Virus record (IMG/VR): IMGVR_UViG_3300030372_002896 | Location: 1,129 to 65,128 of that record | DNA from: a virus | Taxonomy: Duplodnaviria > Caudoviricetes | Reading direction: 5' to 3' (one strand) | DNA: 64,000 bases | Shown here: positions 59,226-64,000 of the stretch, in pieces | How positions within the stretch are numbered: the first letter of the stretch is position 1 | How the letters are laid out: each line of letters opens with the position of its first letter | Program-made: the position numbers and the translations under genes | The notes under the pieces: generated by a model | Told to the model about the DNA's origin: nothing | Database searches by the model: none | Seen by the model: only the letters and a program-made list of their open reading frames with translations

Positions 59226-60556
59226 GAGATTTTGACATAATCCAAGAAGTTACTGACTTCGCTGAGAAGAACCACTATGTTGATGTGGCTGACAAGATTC
59301 CCATCTTCGTCTGTTCCGTTGGCGCACATATCTTCAACGCTCTCAACAAGTGTTCCCGATGTGACTTTGACCCTGAATCCCCGCTGGTCGATGCTGAGAA
59401 GGATTTCACAATCTCAAACTGCCCACTACGGCACAACAATATGCCATTCTACACACCGATGTCCCAACTACCGGACACCCGTATTCACATCATGCTGAGA
59501 GGCGCAAAGGGTAGCGGGAAGTCCGTTCTCATCCTCATGTTCCTCGCTGAATCCACTGGTCTTCTCTATGCTCATGATGCAGACCTCGGAGATGGTATGA
59601 AGACCATGATGGGTCCAAACAGTATCACTGAGGCTGGTATGTTCGGCTCCGTCAACGAAGAAGGGGAGATTGCTGGACGCCCAATCGCACGAGAGATGTG
59701 CGGGGGATTCCTTGGCTTTGAAGAGTTCTCTTCCATGAGCGATGCGTCGAAGAAAGACCACTCAATGGACATGAAGAATCAACTGCTCACCTCGCTGGAT
59801 AACGGTAGGGTGCAGAAGGGTATGAAGTCCGGTTGGGTAAAATACACCACTCGCTACACTGTATGGGCTGGAACACAGCCAGCACGATTTGAGTTGGACT
59901 CTGGGCTTGACCGTCGATTCTTCATCATAGACATTGAGATGGATGATGCTAAGGAGTTGGCGTTCAAGAGGGCGCAACACGCTCAGTCCAACATGACTAA
60001 GGATGACCGTATCGCTCTTGCTGAGAAGACCATCCTCATACGAGAGTGGTTTAAACAACGTATGATTGACGCTGTGCATTGTCCGCCGTCCGGTGTCCTA
60101 TTCGATGACTCAATCCTCGCATGGCTTGAGCATCCCTCTGTTCGCTCCTTTGAGGCAGACCTGTTCCGACGTATTGCTATCGGCTATCACATGATGCAGC
60201 CTGACTATCGAGGCGACCAACCTCTCGTGGTTACTATGGATGACCGATTGGAAACCATACTCACACAGTCCCTCATGATGCGTCGTCGTGTCATGGATGC
60301 AGATACCCTGCTCATCAAAGATACATTCTGGATGCAGGACATAACTAAGTCCTCACTGGTCAAGGAGGTATCTCGTATGGTTACTGCTGGCGACTACCAA
60401 TCTGCCAAGCGTTGGATTATCGAGAACCTACACGGCCAGCCGTGGTATGCAGAGTATGAGCCTAAGTCCACAGGTAGAGGTCGCAAGGGCGTTATGTGTC
60501 GTATTGGTCCTGTCACCCTTGAGAGGGCAGAGCAACCGTCATGGGGTGGTCAGTGA
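59222..60556 (+). CDS. mcm: MCM-like AAA+ helicase with a short N-terminus
   Basis: HIMLRGAKGSGKS, FLGFEEFSSM, LLTSLDNGRV, WAGTQP and LDSGLDRRF (Arg finger). Confidence 0.8.
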   Translation: MRDFDIIQEVTDFAEKNHYVDVADKIPIFVCSVGAHIFNALNKCSRCDFDPESPLVDAEKDFTISNCPLRHNNMPFYTPMSQLPDTRIHIMLRGAKGSGKSVLILMFLAESTGLLYAHDADLGDGMKTMMGPNSITEAGMFGSVNEEGEIAGRPIAREMCGGFLGFEEFSSMSDASKKDHSMDMKNQLLTSLDNGRVQKGMKSGWVKYTTRYTVWAGTQPARFELDSGLDRRFFIIDIEMDDAKELAFKRAQHAQSNMTKDDRIALAEKTILIREWFKQRMIDAVHCPPSGVLFDDSILAWLEHPSVRSFEADLFRRIAIGYHMMQPDYRGDQPLVVTMDDRLETILTQSLMMRRRVMDADTLLIKDTFWMQDITKSSLVKEVSRMVTAGDYQSAKRWIIENLHGQPWYAEYEPKSTGRGRKGVMCRIGPVTLERAEQPSWGGQ

Positions 60557-60813
60557 TGCCTCTCCGCCGTAAGCAAGACCACGCTCTTGATGCAATCTAT
60601 CGTTGGTATGTAATCAACGGACCTGCTGAGGTCAAGGACGCGGTTGAGGGTGCGCGACTCCTAAATGGTAATCTAATGAAGGAGAGTCGTAATGGCATCA
60701 GTCAGCATCAAGCCGTGGCCCGTATGGGTTGGGACAAGAGGTTCGTGCAACTTGAGTTCAATAAGGCTGACACTGTATGGATTTGGGACATTGTAAGAGG
60801 TGAAGAGGAATGA
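60556..60813 (+). CDS. Winged-helix-like protein
   Basis: AIYRWYVINGPAEVKD...ISQHQAVARMGWDKRFVQL. Confidence 0.55.
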   Translation: MPLRRKQDHALDAIYRWYVINGPAEVKDAVEGARLLNGNLMKESRNGISQHQAVARMGWDKRFVQLEFNKADTVWIWDIVRGEEE

Positions 60814-60940
60814 GAGCGAAGTGTGCGAAATGTAAGATTGTAGACAAGGTTGTCGTGTCGAAATGGCTTGGTGACGGCCCATATTATAGTTTTGAACAAA
60901 AGTATTACTGTTCACATGAATGTTGTGAGGCTGATGAAGA

Positions 60941-61567
60941 ATGAAGACGGAACGTGAAATCGAGATGCGTATCGCTCAGGAAACTGAACCGATTGTGATT
61001 GACGCCCTACGATGGGTTCTCAAGTCATCGCCCTGTCCATTCTGTGAGATGCCCGGAAGAAAGCAATTGGAAATCCAACTTCGCAATAGGGAAATTGGTC
61101 CCAATATCATAGAGGTTCGTAACGGGTGGCCCGAAGGGACATGCGACGAACACATGGATAATCACCTAACATACGACCCTGATGAGGCAACACATATCGA
61201 GAAGATGCGCGAGGAATCAATCAACACGTTGGACATGGCCGAGAGCCTTGTAGTCCGTCTGGTTGGTTGGCTTGACGAACTGGAAGTTCTCAAGGCGAGC
61301 GATGGTATCTCATCGGAGTGGGTATCTGATGCTACGAAGTTGGTCGCTCAGGCCAACACATCTCTCAAGTTGGTGGGTCAACTCAAGAAAGAAATTGGAG
61401 TTGATTCCCAATTGCTTCTTGCTGAGAATAGGATGAATGATTTCATGCGTCTTCTCGTAGGAACTCTTGAGCCACACCCCGAACTACTTGACCAAGTGGA
61501 GTTGCATATGTCTGCTCTCCGCGCTCCTACTTATGTTGACACGACTTGGGTGGAGGATGACTCCTGA
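60941..61567 (+). CDS. Zn-binding HTH plus coiled-coil protein (terminase small subunit candidate)
   Basis: CPFC...HMDNH followed by long amphipathic helices; not adjacent to terL, so the assignment is weak. Confidence 0.3.
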   Translation: MKTEREIEMRIAQETEPIVIDALRWVLKSSPCPFCEMPGRKQLEIQLRNREIGPNIIEVRNGWPEGTCDEHMDNHLTYDPDEATHIEKMREESINTLDMAESLVVRLVGWLDELEVLKASDGISSEWVSDATKLVAQANTSLKLVGQLKKEIGVDSQLLLAENRMNDFMRLLVGTLEPHPELLDQVELHMSALRAPTYVDTTWVEDDS

Positions 61568-61754
61568 TGGTAGGAGAGCCTATCAGGTGGAGGCCACACC
61601 TACAACAATTGGTCAATCGCTCCATCTACAAGAAGGACTTTCCCAAGTTATTCGATGCCATGCACGATAGCGGTCTATTCCCAAATCTTGAGGCTGACGG
61701 TCTTCGTTGGTATGTCGGCAATTACCTTATTACCAAATCCGAGATTAGGCGTGT

Positions 61755-62489
61755 TTGGCACTTCACTACAAAGCAGATGGGTCGTATCGAGAATCATATC
61801 ATAGAAGAGGGGTGGCCGTATTGGGAGTCGTAATCTACACCGCTGACGAACGCCCTTTCAAGCAGGGCAACTATGTCGAGATGTTCGGAGAACTCACTAC
61901 CTCTCCCACCACTCCCGACCTAACCTGCATTCTACACACCAACAAGTTCACCGAGAAGGATGCGATTGAGTGGCATCCTCTCATCGCCCATCGTCTGGTA
62001 ATCGTGACCGAGAAGAAGCCCCGGCTGACCAAGAAGAGTGACGACTTTGTTATCCTACATTCGTCTTTGGACAAGGAGGCAAAGGACTATCATCGAGCAA
62101 CGTCTATCGTATTCCGAGTTCGTGACCGCGCACTCGCACTGGCTCAGGCCGCTGAGGTTCCGTTGCCCCTACTACTATCCTTTGTCCGGGCAAATCGTCC
62201 TGACGACATGGAGTTGCACCGCGCTCTAAACGATGTGGTCTACACACTACCTCAAGAATACGCTCATGCCTTAGTCGCTTGCGGCATCAAACCCACAGGC
62301 AAGACAATCGCCTATCCGAAGAAATCTAAGAAGGACTCCCAAGCACCAGCACCTTTCCGTTCCACCGACCAGCACTGGCAAATCATTGTGGACAACGCGC
62401 CGGCAATCCGCAACGAAGTCCGAGATAACAACGACGAAATGCCAAAGGGTGTCAAGAAGACAAAGGAGGCTGTTTCTGAATGGATTTAG
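61755..62489 (+). CDS. Hypothetical protein
   Basis: ORF from the track; true start probably a GTG near 61812. Confidence 0.6.
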   Translation: MALHYKADGSYRESYHRRGVAVLGVVIYTADERPFKQGNYVEMFGELTTSPTTPDLTCILHTNKFTEKDAIEWHPLIAHRLVIVTEKKPRLTKKSDDFVILHSSLDKEAKDYHRATSIVFRVRDRALALAQAAEVPLPLLLSFVRANRPDDMELHRALNDVVYTLPQEYAHALVACGIKPTGKTIAYPKKSKKDSQAPAPFRSTDQHWQIIVDNAPAIRNEVRDNNDEMPKGVKKTKEAVSEWI

Positions 62490-62600
62490 ACGCATTCTTC
62501 TGTCTTTCCGGCGGTCTTATTTTTTCTTACTCTTGGCTTAAATTGTCTGAGATATTTTATGATTGGGTGCATAATCAGCCGAAGGTCGTATATCATATAG

Positions 62601-63092
62601 ATGACAACGACGATACATCGTTCATTGACACCGCAATGTGGCTTTCTATGGAGAGTGATTGATAAGGGTATTAACGACATTGAAAAGTCAATGGGTGCGA
62701 ACAACCGCCGAATACGCCGACTAATTGTTGACCTCCTATGGGAATATGGGGCCATGACTAAGGACCGTATGGCGGTCCTTCTGTCCGAGCAAAAGTCGAT
62801 TCGTGTTGTTCCATCCCCACACACTTTATCGTCGTTGCTTGCCAAAAACACTCAGGTAGTTCAAGTAGGAAAGGAGAGGGTCGAAAATGCAATTGGAGTC
62901 AAGTCGTATCACGCGCTATACGACATCAACCGCGACCTCATCAAATTCTCTGAGGACATTATACTCACTCGCACACCAAGCGTTGCTACGCCTAAAGAAA
63001 AGGAACGTATGTCTAAATGCCCACAATGTGGCAGGAATCGTATCCTACCAACCGACTCAGAAGTGTGCCTTCATTGTGTCCGAGAGCAGTAA
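62601..63092 (+). CDS. Winged-helix-like protein with C-terminal zinc finger
   Basis: LIVDLLWEYGAMTKD...PSPHTLSSLLAKNTQVVQVG; CPQC...CLHC. Confidence 0.6.
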   Translation: MTTTIHRSLTPQCGFLWRVIDKGINDIEKSMGANNRRIRRLIVDLLWEYGAMTKDRMAVLLSEQKSIRVVPSPHTLSSLLAKNTQVVQVGKERVENAIGVKSYHALYDINRDLIKFSEDIILTRTPSVATPKEKERMSKCPQCGRNRILPTDSEVCLHCVREQ

Positions 63093-63144
63093 CCTTACGC
63101 TGCGCCACCGTCAAGTTTATATTCCTTCGCACCAACGTAGTAAT

Positions 63145-63399
63145 ATGACACTAATGAGGGCAAAGAGCGTTAAGCATTGTGAGTATGAGATACTTGCATG
63201 GTTGACCAAGACGGACGGATATGACCACTACGAAGACCTGCGCCACCTCGCACGAGATGGCCTCGTCCCTCGCGGGGATGACGTTGCTCTTAACCGATTC
63301 AATTCTGCTCAGGACAACCTTCTCGTAGTCCTGAACAACATGCTGTCCAAGCGTGTGCAGCACCTACCTGAGAATCACGACATGGCGGTGAAGGCATGA
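63145..63399 (+). CDS. Hypothetical 84-aa protein
   Basis: Leaderless, 22 nt after TTTATAT of the promoter at 63092. Confidence 0.7.
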   Translation: MTLMRAKSVKHCEYEILAWLTKTDGYDHYEDLRHLARDGLVPRGDDVALNRFNSAQDNLLVVLNNMLSKRVQHLPENHDMAVKA

Positions 63400-63669
63400 G
63401 TGGAAGGTCAGCATTATACTGTCGAAGATGTAAATATAGAGTATTCAGAAAAGATGGGGCTTTGTGCCAGCGTGAGTGGTGCATAGAGGTGAAGACATGA
63501 AGTGCATACCAAAGAAGAACAGTCGTGCGATTTCTTATTCAAGCGAAGTTGATTGGTTGTTGGACATTGACTGTGATACTTGTAGAAGTCGGACATCAAT
63601 GTGTAGAGTCAAGGTGACAATGGATGAGATGGAAGATTGGATTGCTGAACGAGGCGTGGAGGTGAAGGC

Positions 63670-64000
63670 GTGAAGAAGATTCCTATTGGTGACAAGGCAG
63701 AACATGTGAAGCCCCACGTTATCGTGGATGGCGAGCGGGTCAACTCGGGCAACCGTTTTAATGTTAAACATCAACAGTATAGGAACCGATGCTACAATTA
63801 CATCATTGAGAACGGCCCATGCACCGTTGATGAGATGTTGAATAATATCAGAAGCGTCGAGGGCAAAGAACTACGTCACAAACCAACCCGTAAGGGACTA
63901 ACGAGAGTTTTGGGTCTTGACCCACGTTTCGTTCAAGTGGGTAGGACTAACAGCCCTATCGCGCAGAACAGCAATAGGAACACCCTTACTGTTTGGGGCA
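63670..64000 (+). CDS. Winged-helix-like protein, truncated by the window edge
   Basis: GTG coupled to the upstream TGA; YIIENGPCTVDEML...PTRKGLTRVLGLDPRFVQVG. Confidence 0.6.
   Translation, partial: MKKIPIGDKAEHVKPHVIVDGERVNSGNRFNVKHQQYRNRCYNYIIENGPCTVDEMLNNIRSVEGKELRHKPTRKGLTRVLGLDPRFVQVGRTNSPIAQNSNRNTLTVWG

Noticed and set aside
3721-60556. Inteins, introns, reverse transcriptase/DGR, integrase or transposase
   Set aside because: polB, terL, primase and MCM have ordinary or short lengths with contiguous motifs; no YxDD, tyrosine/serine recombinase or DDE signature was seen.
49079-63673. Shared C-terminal tags EVEA*, EVKA*, GEEE* on many early proteins as a degron or export signal
   Set aside because: Fully explained by the next gene's SD (GAGGTG or GGTGAAGAGG) embedded just before an ATGA overlap.

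Overview
This window is most of the genome of a tailed archaeal dsDNA virus with a siphovirus-like long tail. It is most likely a magrovirus-type virus of marine Poseidoniales (MGII); that assignment is an inference from its archaeal-type replication genes, TATA-box promoters, GGAGGTGA ribosome-binding sites and MGII-like GCT-repeat protein. Layout: (1) 1-9.3 kb, + strand replication module (clamp-loader C-terminus, probable ssDNA-binding protein, P-loop ATPase, clamp-like protein, family B polymerase, Cas4-like nuclease, fused primase, ERCC4 nuclease). (2) 9.2-35.8 kb, - strand virion module (giant tail protein, tape measure, frameshifted tail chaperones, tail tube, neck and adaptor proteins, fibre, major capsid protein, prohead protease, portal). 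(3) 36.1-39.4 kb, + strand phosphoesterase and terminase large subunit. (4) 39.6-64 kb, two arms of small, mostly unknown, probably early genes transcribed divergently from a gene-free centre at 44.8-45.6 kb; the right arm also holds PAC2-like, MCM-like and several winged-helix genes. The most unusual signals are in block 4. About 80 copies (manual count) of GGTTACAAAA switch predominant orientation across the centre. A 15-bp motif sits exactly 9 nt upstream of the TATA-box position in 11 promoters. One of those promoters drives a roughly 260-nt highly structured RNA with no credible ORF. There is no CRISPR array, tRNA, rRNA, integrase or transposase that I can support. All protein calls come from reading motifs by eye; no database search was run.
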